Assembly: GCA_963663405.2 (NCBI GenBank)
Contig: CAXXSM010000143.1
Span: 23,751-87,750, forward strand
DNA from: a bacterium
GTDB lineage: Bacteria; Hinthialibacterota; Hinthialibacteria; Hinthialibacterales; Hinthialibacteraceae
Direction: 5' to 3'
Length of the DNA stretch: 64,000 bases
Below are positions 38,855 through 48,429 of this stretch, one piece after another. Both the position numbers and the translations under genes were made by a program. The first letter of the stretch is position 1. Each line of letters begins with the position of its first letter. The notes under the pieces are model-generated. The model was not told the origin of the DNA. It ran no database searches and worked only from the letters and a program-made list of their open reading frames with translations.

Positions 38855-41650
38855 TTGATGACGCCGCGTAAGATGTTGACACCCAATTTTATTATTGTTC
38901 AGGTCTTCCTAGTTGTCTTCTGGGGAATTCTTCAAGTCAACCTTGCGCGGGCGGTTCCAGTTCCCGGTATGCGGATCATTGGAATGGAATGCCTGCGGGA
39001 TGCGGTATTTGTCCTGTTTTTCCTATTATGGGGGATCATTGGATTTCGTCGGATATGGGAAACGTATGGAAAAACATCGATCGCGTGGATTTTGGAAGCG
39101 CTTGGGATCGCTTTTTTTATTGGCGCGGTGATATGGATTGACTCCGAACCGTTGTGGTATGGATTAAACTCATCCGGCGATCACATGATGCAATACACGC
39201 TGGCCACACTGACGGAATGCAATCTATTCCATTTTGGACGCTTGGGTGGCTGGTGTTCCGCTTTTGGAGCGGGTTTTCCTCTAAACGATCTGTATCCACC
39301 TGGAGGCTTTATACTTTACTGCCTGCTACGGATTTTGAGTTTGGGATTCATCGCTGGGGAATACATCTATACGTACACCGTTTTCTTGTCTTATCTTGCG
39401 TTCTCCTTTGTGTTGTATAGATTGGTCCGGAAGAACTTTGGGCGTTGTTCCGCTCTGTTACTCTTACTTCTCTTGCTGTTGGATGATGGAATGCATTTCG
39501 GTTGGAGGCAGTTCTTTCATATCGGAATGTGGGGAAGCGGCCTTGGTTTGGCGTTGGCGTTTTACGCGTATTGGACCTTTTCAAAACCGGATCGGTTACG
39601 AACGTATTGGCATGGACCACTGTTAGCGGCGGTGTTTGGCTTTTCAATTCTCCTACACCCTCTCTTTCTTTTCACACACGCGCTTTGGATAACGCTTCAT
39701 GTGATCACACGTTTTCTCGATGAACGCTGTTTTATAAACGAGAGAAGCGATGCGGAAGCCGGCGCGCGAGGATTAAAGATTCTATGGAGCCTATGTGGAA
39801 TCGGATTGGCGGCGTTCTGGTGGCTTCCCTTCGCGTTTAGCCGGGATTGGATAATTCCATTTGGGTATATTGGGCGCGACTTTCCCGATGTGGGGAAAGA
39901 GATCTGGGATGGCAATCTATACAACGCGTCGGCTGTTCATGTGACGCTGGGCGTTGTGGGGATTCTTTGCGCTGTGTTTTCCAGGCGGCGCGCCGTCTTT
40001 CTTCTTGGCTTGTTCAGTATTATCAATATATTCGCCGGATCAGAAATCGCGCGGCATATTTTTTCGTTCCCCTTTTTGGAAAGTTTTTTCTCGCACATGC
40101 AAGGCGCGAGACTCATCGGCGCGGCGAAAATCGCCTCGATGATCTTGGGCGCCGGATATTGTGGGCGAGCCTTGCAGCATTATTTCGATACAATGTCCAC
40201 CGAATCAACGAATTCTGTTTTGCTGCGATCTTTGGGAGTGTTTCTTTCCCCGCAATCCTCCCCGTTTCAGATCCGGCGTCTCCGGTCTGATCTCTGCGCC
40301 GCAGGATTGTTACTCGTTTTATTATGTCCACTTGTGTACATTGGAAAAACCACGTTGTGCAGCGGTTGGCGTTGGCGTGTCACACCAAGAAGTCTGCAAG
40401 TTGGCTCAATTCCCCGCGTTCCCTCATATTGGAATTCGTTTGTGGATGCAGTACAGGTGATAAACGCGCGGGAGCGTTCAGACGCGCCTGCAGCGTTCTT
40501 CCAAGAACCGCTTTATCCCGTCCGCGCTTTAACCTACGATTCCTGGCGCATGATCTCCGAACCGGCGTTCGGTTCCGCCGCGATCGCCGGGCCTTATTAC
40601 ATCCCTACCATGCTGCTCTATTCTCGACCCAAATTTATTTTCGAACAAGATCTGGATCTAACGAATGTGAAATACGTTTTTGATTGGAAAGTCTCTCCTT
40701 TCCAAGAGGTCAAGAGCCTGAAAGGATTGGATGTGATTTATGAGAATGATGAAATCATCCTCTATCAACGTAACACATGGACAGGGCAAGGTTGGACACT
40801 GTCCGGCCCTGGTTCGGTCCGGTTGACTAATTCTTCTACAAATGGGCTTCAATTTCAGATTGATGGTTCAGGAGCGGATTCATTTCTCCGGATCGGCATA
40901 TCCCGCTACCGGAAATGGAAAGCGTACATGAACGGAGAGCCCGTCCAGATCTTTTATCCCCCGAAACCTGGAGAGACGCCGGAAGCGCTGAAATTTATCG
41001 GTATGGAACTGCAAGACGGGGTGTTGGAATTACGGTACAAACCGGAATGGTTCGATCTCTTGGGATTCTGGATCAGCGTGGGATCACTGGGAATCTGCGT
41101 TGCGCTCTGTTCTCTTCGATTGACTCATCCACCGCTTATATGGTACCGGCTCGATCTAATCGAGGCGGGATTGCAGACCATTTTCGCGGTGGGATTGATT
41201 GGTGTGATGATCATCTCTGGGATGGGATCATCTCCTCTGCGAGAGAATTATCTTCATTGCATCGGCCAGCTCGGTGACCGAATCGGTTTGGCAAATCGCG
41301 ATCCGGATGGAATCCGGGACATCTGTTTTCAACTCGATCTGGTTCCGGATGTGAAGAATGGAAAGATCATCGGAATCACCCTGCAATTAATCCGCCCGGA
41401 TGGCTCATCCCGCGATCACGCCATCTGGAGCGTACGGGATGGGGAAGGTGGGTGGATCGCTGTATCAGACGTGATGGGAAGAAGGTTTGATTACAGCGAT
41501 TATTCCTTCCAAATCAATCCACATCGTTTTTATAGTCTTCTGCTCTTTGTCCCGAATACATTAAAGGAGCCGTTTTGGGTACCCGCTCCCGCGTCGTGTA
41601 CGCTGTATTATGAAAATGGAGAGCAGGTCACGATTCGGAGTGATGATTGA
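38855..41650 (+). CDS. Large polytopic membrane protein, PTPS-related/YfhO-like (putative GT-C glycosyltransferase)
   Basis: GDH...GW...GFP...YPP loop after TM2, many TM helices, LAAFWWLP, WKAYMNG and LELRY motifs. Confidence 0.7.
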   Translation: MMTPRKMLTPNFIIVQVFLVVFWGILQVNLARAVPVPGMRIIGMECLRDAVFVLFFLLWGIIGFRRIWETYGKTSIAWILEALGIAFFIGAVIWIDSEPLWYGLNSSGDHMMQYTLATLTECNLFHFGRLGGWCSAFGAGFPLNDLYPPGGFILYCLLRILSLGFIAGEYIYTYTVFLSYLAFSFVLYRLVRKNFGRCSALLLLLLLLLDDGMHFGWRQFFHIGMWGSGLGLALAFYAYWTFSKPDRLRTYWHGPLLAAVFGFSILLHPLFLFTHALWITLHVITRFLDERCFINERSDAEAGARGLKILWSLCGIGLAAFWWLPFAFSRDWIIPFGYIGRDFPDVGKEIWDGNLYNASAVHVTLGVVGILCAVFSRRRAVFLLGLFSIINIFAGSEIARHIFSFPFLESFFSHMQGARLIGAAKIASMILGAGYCGRALQHYFDTMSTESTNSVLLRSLGVFLSPQSSPFQIRRLRSDLCAAGLLLVLLCPLVYIGKTTLCSGWRWRVTPRSLQVGSIPRVPSYWNSFVDAVQVINARERSDAPAAFFQEPLYPVRALTYDSWRMISEPAFGSAAIAGPYYIPTMLLYSRPKFIFEQDLDLTNVKYVFDWKVSPFQEVKSLKGLDVIYENDEIILYQRNTWTGQGWTLSGPGSVRLTNSSTNGLQFQIDGSGADSFLRIGISRYRKWKAYMNGEPVQIFYPPKPGETPEALKFIGMELQDGVLELRYKPEWFDLLGFWISVGSLGICVALCSLRLTHPPLIWYRLDLIEAGLQTIFAVGLIGVMIISGMGSSPLRENYLHCIGQLGDRIGLANRDPDGIRDICFQLDLVPDVKNGKIIGITLQLIRPDGSSRDHAIWSVRDGEGGWIAVSDVMGRRFDYSDYSFQINPHRFYSLLLFVPNTLKEPFWVPAPASCTLYYENGEQVTIRSDD

Positions 41651-42514
41651 TCATCCCAATTCAGGACCGCTTAAGGAATAGACTTTCTCTGGTGTTCCCG
41701 GATACTTGTTCTCTCCCCTATACATGCGGATGAAGGGGCGTTGTTTTTGGAAACCCAGGGATTCCAAGATTGCGAGGACGTGGGGATTGGGATCGATAAT
41801 ATCGAGGAAGATCCGGTCCGGCTTGCGGGTTTGGATCATCTGGAGAAACAGCGCGCGGGCGGTTTCTGGATCGTCCGCAACCCAGGGGCCGATGTGGAAC
41901 GCGTTGGTCCCCTCACGGGCGAGAATGTATCCAGGAATTGAATCGCCCCGTCGGATCGTGTATCCCAGGCCGGGATAGGTTTCAAGGTAGGATCGCAGAA
42001 CCTGCTTGCGGGATGCTCCGAAGATGGGGGCGTCATACGCGTCCAATCGATCGAGATCGTCTAAAGAGAGAGGAGAGCAGGCCATCTCCGGCGCCGGCGC
42101 ATCCACTCGATCCGCTTCGTAACGGGCGGCGCCGTATTCATCCACGAATCCAATCGTATCATATAGAAGTTTTCCGGCGGGAGTCGCATCCAGTTTGACT
42201 GTCAAGCCAAGGTTTTCAAGATAATCGAAGCCTTTGTTGAGCAGGGCTTTTCCGATGCCTTTGCGCTGCATCGCGGGATCGACGATCACCATCGAGATCC
42301 ATCCAAACCGGTCTTCATACCCAATCGTGCAGGCGGTTCCCACGACCAGCCCATCGATCGTGGCGGCGAAACATCCTTGTGGATCGTAGTTCAAAAACCG
42401 CCGCCAGTCTTGCAGTGTCTGATTCCAACCAACTTGTTCGCGCAGGTATTGGCAGCGCGGAAAATCCTCTTCCGTCATCAATCGAATCTGAAACGGCGTT
42501 GAAGCGTCGCCCAT
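41651..42514 (-). CDS. GNAT N-acetyltransferase (two-domain)
   Basis: VIVDPAMQRKGIGKAL, LDATPAGKLLY, IGPWVAD. Confidence 0.9.
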   Translation of the reverse strand: MGDASTPFQIRLMTEEDFPRCQYLREQVGWNQTLQDWRRFLNYDPQGCFAATIDGLVVGTACTIGYEDRFGWISMVIVDPAMQRKGIGKALLNKGFDYLENLGLTVKLDATPAGKLLYDTIGFVDEYGAARYEADRVDAPAPEMACSPLSLDDLDRLDAYDAPIFGASRKQVLRSYLETYPGLGYTIRRGDSIPGYILAREGTNAFHIGPWVADDPETARALFLQMIQTRKPDRIFLDIIDPNPHVLAILESLGFQKQRPFIRMYRGENKYPGTPEKVYSLSGPELG

Positions 42515-42658
42515 TGTGTATTCTCCATGAAAATTATGATAAGAAATTGTTTTAAGGAAAAACAAATACCATGAAAGTGGACGGATTTAAAGGGTGAGTT
42601 ACATTCCACGCTGGTACTATCTATGAATGAATTCTTATTTCAATCATAAAAATACAGC

Positions 42659-42772
42659 GGGTGGCCAGGGCAAGTACCGGCGCTTTCGCCGGAGCCTTTA
42701 CTTTTTTCTGCCCTGGCGCTACGTTCCGGAAATTATGCAAGGGGAGAAAAAAACCTTCCCCTTGCTACCCAG
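42659..42772 (+). repeat. Family B element, full copy
   Basis: gggtggccagggcaagtaccggcgctttcgccgg..tctgccctggc..aattatgcaaggggagaaaaaaaccttccccttgctacccag. Confidence 0.85.
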
Positions 42773-42861
42773 CTTAGCTTAATGACATAGACTCAGTGCG
42801 ATCATAATCTGCGTTTCTCATTTATCAAAAACAAGGAACGGATTTTCAATAGCGCTTTTGA

Positions 42862-43527
42862 TTAGGCGATGACATCCAACTGATTTTTAGCAGGGAATTC
42901 CAAGGAAATATCGGGGAAAACGACGACGCGAGTCCGGCCGCCACTGACGTGACGGTCGCCCGTTTGCGGATCGATATAACTATGAATCGCCACAGACGCC
43001 ATGATCCGCTGGCCATTCAGGATGGCGTCTGAGGTTTCGCGCCGAACGTGAGACAACTCGTGCTGCATAACAGCTAAAGGCGCCTGCGCGGGAGTCAACG
43101 GTTGCGCAAATTGAAACGATACACCGGAATCATCCGACACGTCGGAGTAATTCGTGGTTTCCCGTTCGCCGGTTTCCTCTTCTTCGCCTGGAAGAGGCGT
43201 GGTATTGGTTTTTGGATTGGCCGCGTTTTGGGGTTCTTCTTCCGCGGTTGGATCAGCGGGATTGGAGGCGTTATCCTCGTTTTTCGCCAGTTTGACGGCT
43301 TCCCGCGCCAAGCGCTCCGCTTCGGAGACTTTCCCCTGCCCCGCGTTCTGTTCCGCCAAAGCGACCATGGCCATAACGCGCATGGTTTTGGCGCTGGCGC
43401 CTCCATTCTCTATCAACAGACGCCGGGCTTCCGATAGCGAACGTTCCACCGGACGGGTTTCCGCCGCTTTCGGCTCCATTTGAGGATAGTATGGAGTGGA
43501 TCCAACCGATCCGACAGGAGCAACCAT
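42862..43527 (-). CDS. Hypothetical protein with HExxH motif, SprA-related-like
   Basis: DDSGVSF...AVMQHELSHV...VSGGRTR. Confidence 0.6.
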   Translation of the reverse strand: MVAPVGSVGSTPYYPQMEPKAAETRPVERSLSEARRLLIENGGASAKTMRVMAMVALAEQNAGQGKVSEAERLAREAVKLAKNEDNASNPADPTAEEEPQNAANPKTNTTPLPGEEEETGERETTNYSDVSDDSGVSFQFAQPLTPAQAPLAVMQHELSHVRRETSDAILNGQRIMASVAIHSYIDPQTGDRHVSGGRTRVVVFPDISLEFPAKNQLDVIA

Positions 43528-43894
43528 CGTACGTATCTTTTCAAGCGCTGATTTCTTCTACACTCTACGAATTATAACACACTCAAGATGGAATTACAAA
43601 TCATTCTCTCCCATTTTAAAATCTTGAAGCGAACCAAAAGACAAGTCCGAACGGCAAAAAACATTATTCCAATGTGAATAATTTATCAATCGCATCTTTC
43701 TGATGCGCAGGGATTCTTTTCAATAGAAGAGATTGGATTGGAATCCGATCAAAGTGAATCCGTGAAAAAGATATAATTCTCGTCCGGCACTTTATCTTTT
43801 TGAACTTATTTCTATGATTTGAGGTCAATATGTTGGAATATCTAATTCAAGCAACCAAATTTTGACTACTTTATCACAGTTAAGGAGAGAAACG

Positions 43895-45124
43895 ATGTTC
43901 AATCCAAGAATGATTAGGAAAGCATTCCCCGCCGTTCTCGTCTTCTCGTTGTTTGCGATTCTTTCACCTTTCAGCGTGTTCTCCGATTCGGGCCAGGACT
44001 GGTATCAATTCCACGGCCCCAACCGGGACCGAATTTCCAATGAAACGGACTGGCGGACAAATTGGGAGGAAGACGATCCAACAATCCTTTGGAAACAATC
44101 CATTGGATTCGGTTTTTCTTCGATCTCGGTGGTTGGTGATCGTGTTTTTACCATGGGAAACACGAATGACAAAGATACAGTTTGGTGTTTTGATTCGGAA
44201 ACCGGGAAAGAGATTTGGCGGTATACCTATGACTGTGAATTGTTTCCTCAGCAGCATGAAGGCGGCCCCGGCGGCACACCCACTGTGGACGCGGAATCTG
44301 TTTATACGGTCAGCAAACAAGGACAATTATTTTGCCTGGATGTAAAAACCGGTCAACCGCGGTGGAAAAAAGATCTGCAAAAAGAATTTGGCGCCCAAAT
44401 GCCGACGTGGCGCTTCGCTCTCTCGCCGCTGCTGGATGGCGATCGAATAATCCTCGATGTGGGGCTTGCGATCGCTTTGAACAAAACAACGGGAGAACTG
44501 ATTTGGAAAACGAAGAATTACGAATCCGCTTACTCCTCGCCCATTCTATTTCCTTTCAACGGCAAACGGTACATCGCGGTTTTACCGAAATCCGGCCTTG
44601 TTCTACTCGATGCGGAAACCGGTAAAGAATTCGGGACATTCGCATGGGAAACCCGATATGGCATCAATGCGGCGACACCTTTGGTATCTGGAAATAACAT
44701 CTTCCTCTCCTGCGGATATAACAAAGGCGGTTCTCTGTTAGAAGTAAGCGCCAATGGAGAGATCAAAGAATTATGGCATAACCGCCTGATGCGGAACCAT
44801 ATGAATTCCTGTGTTCTTTGGAAAGGCTGTATCTATGGATTCGATGAATCGTCATTGAAATGCATCGATTATAAAACCGGGGAGGATATCTGGAGCCAGC
44901 GCGGATTGGGCAAAGGCTCGTTGATGATGGCGGATGGAAAATTGATCGTACTCAGCGAAAAAGGGGAACTGGTGATCGCCGAGGCGAATGGCAAAGAGTT
45001 TAAACCGATTTGCCGGAAACAGGTGTTGACCGGCAAATGCTGGACGATCCCGGTTTTATCGCATGGGAAACTCTTCTGCCGTAACGCGGCGGGCGATTTG
45101 ATCTGTTTGGATGTTCGCAAGTAA
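43895..45124 (+). CDS. Secreted PQQ-like beta-propeller protein (BamB-like, Planctomycete type)
   Basis: DWYQFHGPNRD, repeated CLDxxTGxxxW blades, YSSP. Confidence 0.9.
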   Translation: MFNPRMIRKAFPAVLVFSLFAILSPFSVFSDSGQDWYQFHGPNRDRISNETDWRTNWEEDDPTILWKQSIGFGFSSISVVGDRVFTMGNTNDKDTVWCFDSETGKEIWRYTYDCELFPQQHEGGPGGTPTVDAESVYTVSKQGQLFCLDVKTGQPRWKKDLQKEFGAQMPTWRFALSPLLDGDRIILDVGLAIALNKTTGELIWKTKNYESAYSSPILFPFNGKRYIAVLPKSGLVLLDAETGKEFGTFAWETRYGINAATPLVSGNNIFLSCGYNKGGSLLEVSANGEIKELWHNRLMRNHMNSCVLWKGCIYGFDESSLKCIDYKTGEDIWSQRGLGKGSLMMADGKLIVLSEKGELVIAEANGKEFKPICRKQVLTGKCWTIPVLSHGKLFCRNAAGDLICLDVRK

Positions 45125-45143
45125 TCCCAATCGGCGGCGGATT

Positions 45144-48029
45144 TCATAACTCCAATGTCTCCCTCACTTTGGCCGCCAATCCTTGGACAGTGAACGGTTT
45201 CTGGACGAACTGAATCCCTTCGTCCAGAATCCCACTATGGGAGATGACGTCGCCCGTATAGCCGGACATATAAAGCACACGGATATCCGGATATTTCTTC
45301 ACCGCTCTCTTGGCTAATTCCCGTCCATTAATTCCCGGCATGACCACATCGGTGAGGAGAAGGTGCAAGGGACCATCGAGCGATTCCAGGATCTCAGACG
45401 CCTCATTACCATCTTTCGCCACATGCACATTATAGCCCTGCCGTTTCAGAAGACTCGAACCGAGTTCACGTACCTGCTCGTTGTCTTCCACTAGTAGGAT
45501 CGTTTCTGAACCTTCAAGTTTACCGCTTGTTCTACTGCGCGCTTCCAGTTGAGTGGCTTTTTCTTTGACGACAGGAATATAGATTTTGAATACCGTTCCC
45601 TTTCCCGGCTCGCTATAAACCCAGATATTTCCACTATGCTGTTTAATAATGCCGTAAACCGTGGCCAAGCCCAATCCGGTGCCTTGTTCTCCCTTGGTTG
45701 AGAAGAATGGTTCGAAAATGTGCTTCTGCGTTTCCACATCCATCCCGGATCCGGTGTCGCTAACGGACATCATGACATACAAACCTGGTTTCACACCAGG
45801 ATGTTCCATCACATAATGTTCATCGAGTTCAGCGACGGCGGTTTCCAGGATCAATTTGCCGCCTTCTGGCATGGCGTCTTGGGCATTGACGCAGAGATTC
45901 ATGATGACTTGTTCGAGCTGCCCAATGTCCGCCTTCACTGTTGGAACGGCATGCGCTTTTTTGATCTCGAAATCAATGTTCTCCCGCAATGTGCGCCGGA
46001 GCAGTTTTTCAAAGCCCTTGATGGTCTCATTGATGTTCAACGGCCGGTATTCGAGAGTCTGTTTGCGGCCAAAGGCCAGAAGCTGCCGGACCAAATCCCG
46101 CGCCCGTTCACCGGCGCGGACAATTTGAGTAACGAATTCCCGCCGTTCATCATCGCGAGACAAATCTTCCTTCAACATATCGCCGTACCCGAGGATGGGA
46201 GAGAGCAGGTTATTCAAATCATGGGCCACTCCTCCAGCCAAGCGACCTATGGCTTCCACTTTCTGCGCCTGCCGGTATTGTTCCTCAAGCCGCGCTTTCT
46301 CCTCCTCCGTCCGGACACGTTCGGTGATGTCACGGCAGGATTCAATGACCTGGACGACATTACCATCTTCATCAAAGATGGGAGCGGCCATAACTTCAAC
46401 CGTAATGGATTGGCCTTCCCCGTTTTGGTGGACATGTTCAACTGTCACAGGGGCTTTTTTCTCGACCACTTGCTTCATCGGACATAGCTCTTTAATTCCA
46501 TCACACATGGGTCCGGAGCCATGAGAGACATGATGGCATTTCATTCCCATCGCGACAGGATCTTTTCCTCCCACGATCTCCCGGACCTGACGGTTCGCCA
46601 ACGCGATCGTGCAGTCTCGATTCAGAACCATCAAGCATTCGGGAATCCCATCAATCACTGTCTGCATGAACTTCCACGCCCGTTCCCGCTCCTCTTCCGC
46701 TTTTCTTAGTTCAGTAATATCGATGACAACGCCTCGAAATCCGGTTATTTTACTATCACTTATAATAGGACCTGCATGCAACAGCACCGGAAATCGAGTG
46801 CCATCTTTCCGGAGCGCTTGATACTCAACCGCGCCGACACGTTCGCCATTAAATCGTTTTTGCAAAATTTCACGCGCGCGCTCTCTCTCTTCAGGCGCCA
46901 GGATATCCTTCGCTTTGAATCCATCGGGCAAAGATCCTGGAGGATAACCGAAAATTTCGTACGCGCGCCGATTCACATAGGTTAAGACATAATTGCAATC
47001 CGTTTCATAGATCGCTTCCGGAAGCAAATCCACCAAATCACGAAAGCGGGCCTCACTGGCCTGTAAAATAGTGGCCGAGCGGGCGGCCCGGAGTGTCTCG
47101 CAGCTGTAGGAGGCGAGAATGGCGCCGATCTCCTTATCCTGTTCAGTGAAAGGAGGCGTTTTTTTATTATGCTGTGTCAAGACACCGACCAATTGGCCCG
47201 CTTCATCCTCAAGAGGAAAAGCCATGATCGATCCATTGGAATAACCGTCCCACCCACTCGAGTGAATGCCGGCTTCCTCGATCACATTCTGGATCAAGAG
47301 CGGTTTTTTCTCCTGAATCACACGGTTCAGAATCGAATTTTTCTCAAGGGGAAACGGGATCAATTCCGGCGCATGTCCGGGATCCACCGCATGAATCAGC
47401 CGCAAACCATCCTCTTCGAGAAAGTAGATACTTCCACCACCTGCCTGCATGTGCTCCGCAAATTCCTTCAGCACTGCGGCGCCAAATTGGGAAGGATCGT
47501 TGCAGGCTGTCAGTTTACGTGTTGAATCAACTACCTTGCGCAATCGTTCGTTGATACGTAATAAGTTATCATTCGCCCGTTCAAGTTCACTGGTTCGTTT
47601 TTGGACAAGCGTTTCCAGATTCTGTTGATACTCGCGGTTCTCGCGCAGCAATCGGGCGCGTTCCAGCGATTTATTCATAGCGTGGAGAATGATGGATAAA
47701 TCCTCGACGGGTTTAAGAATGAAATCCCAGGCGCCCAGCCGTAACGCTTGGATCGAATCACCGATATTGCCTGTGCCGGAGACGACGATGAGAGGGGTTT
47801 CTGGCGATCGTTTCTGGATATGGCGCAGCACATCCAGGCCATCTAATTCCGGCATCCGCAGATCCGTCAAGACGAGATCGGGACGTTCCCGTTCAAATAA
47901 TTCGAGTCCCTTTCGTCCGTTCTCCGCCTTCAAGACACGAAAATCCCGGTCTTCGAGATAGTCGGCGAGACTGTCACGGAGAATGATCTCGTCTTCTATG
48001 ATAAGAGTGGTTGTCTGTGGCTCAGTCAT
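45144..48029 (-). CDS. Hybrid histidine kinase REC-GAF-PAS-PAS-HisKA-HATPase-REC
   Basis: LTDLRMP; AGGVAHDLNN; NLCVNAQDAM; DTGSG; GTGLGL; LTDVVMP. Confidence 0.93.
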   Translation of the reverse strand: MTEPQTTTLIIEDEIILRDSLADYLEDRDFRVLKAENGRKGLELFERERPDLVLTDLRMPELDGLDVLRHIQKRSPETPLIVVSGTGNIGDSIQALRLGAWDFILKPVEDLSIILHAMNKSLERARLLRENREYQQNLETLVQKRTSELERANDNLLRINERLRKVVDSTRKLTACNDPSQFGAAVLKEFAEHMQAGGGSIYFLEEDGLRLIHAVDPGHAPELIPFPLEKNSILNRVIQEKKPLLIQNVIEEAGIHSSGWDGYSNGSIMAFPLEDEAGQLVGVLTQHNKKTPPFTEQDKEIGAILASYSCETLRAARSATILQASEARFRDLVDLLPEAIYETDCNYVLTYVNRRAYEIFGYPPGSLPDGFKAKDILAPEERERAREILQKRFNGERVGAVEYQALRKDGTRFPVLLHAGPIISDSKITGFRGVVIDITELRKAEEERERAWKFMQTVIDGIPECLMVLNRDCTIALANRQVREIVGGKDPVAMGMKCHHVSHGSGPMCDGIKELCPMKQVVEKKAPVTVEHVHQNGEGQSITVEVMAAPIFDEDGNVVQVIESCRDITERVRTEEEKARLEEQYRQAQKVEAIGRLAGGVAHDLNNLLSPILGYGDMLKEDLSRDDERREFVTQIVRAGERARDLVRQLLAFGRKQTLEYRPLNINETIKGFEKLLRRTLRENIDFEIKKAHAVPTVKADIGQLEQVIMNLCVNAQDAMPEGGKLILETAVAELDEHYVMEHPGVKPGLYVMMSVSDTGSGMDVETQKHIFEPFFSTKGEQGTGLGLATVYGIIKQHSGNIWVYSEPGKGTVFKIYIPVVKEKATQLEARSRTSGKLEGSETILLVEDNEQVRELGSSLLKRQGYNVHVAKDGNEASEILESLDGPLHLLLTDVVMPGINGRELAKRAVKKYPDIRVLYMSGYTGDVISHSGILDEGIQFVQKPFTVQGLAAKVRETLEL

Positions 48030-48429
48030 GGTGCATTTCCTTCCCACTGCATTTCTCAATCTGGCGGCGCAACGCCTCTTCAATCTCCGTTAAATCTAAT
48101 ACAGGTTTGCCAAATATACGTCTTGAAACTTGAGGCATAGCCAGAATGTCGCCGGGGGGGAGATATTCCGGCGATCCCGTACAAATCACGCAGGCCAGAG
48201 TAGGATGTTTTATAAGGGCTGCGCGGATGAAATCATTCCCACCCATACCCGGCAACCGGATATCCACAATCGCGCCATCGGGCGTCTCGTCCCGCATCAT
48301 AGTAAGGGCTTCCTCCGCCGTCGCAGCGGCTACGATCCGCCAGCCTTGATCTTCGAAATGATACGCGAAGCTTTCACGCACCGCGTCATCATCGTCAAGA
48401 ATCAGAACCATTGGCGCCAGCTTATTCAT
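48022..48429 (-). CDS. Single-domain response regulator
   Basis: LILDDD, IVDIRLP, CTG, KP. Confidence 0.9.
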   Translation of the reverse strand: MNKLAPMVLILDDDDAVRESFAYHFEDQGWRIVAAATAEEALTMMRDETPDGAIVDIRLPGMGGNDFIRAALIKHPTLACVICTGSPEYLPPGDILAMPQVSRRIFGKPVLDLTEIEEALRRQIEKCSGKEMHHD

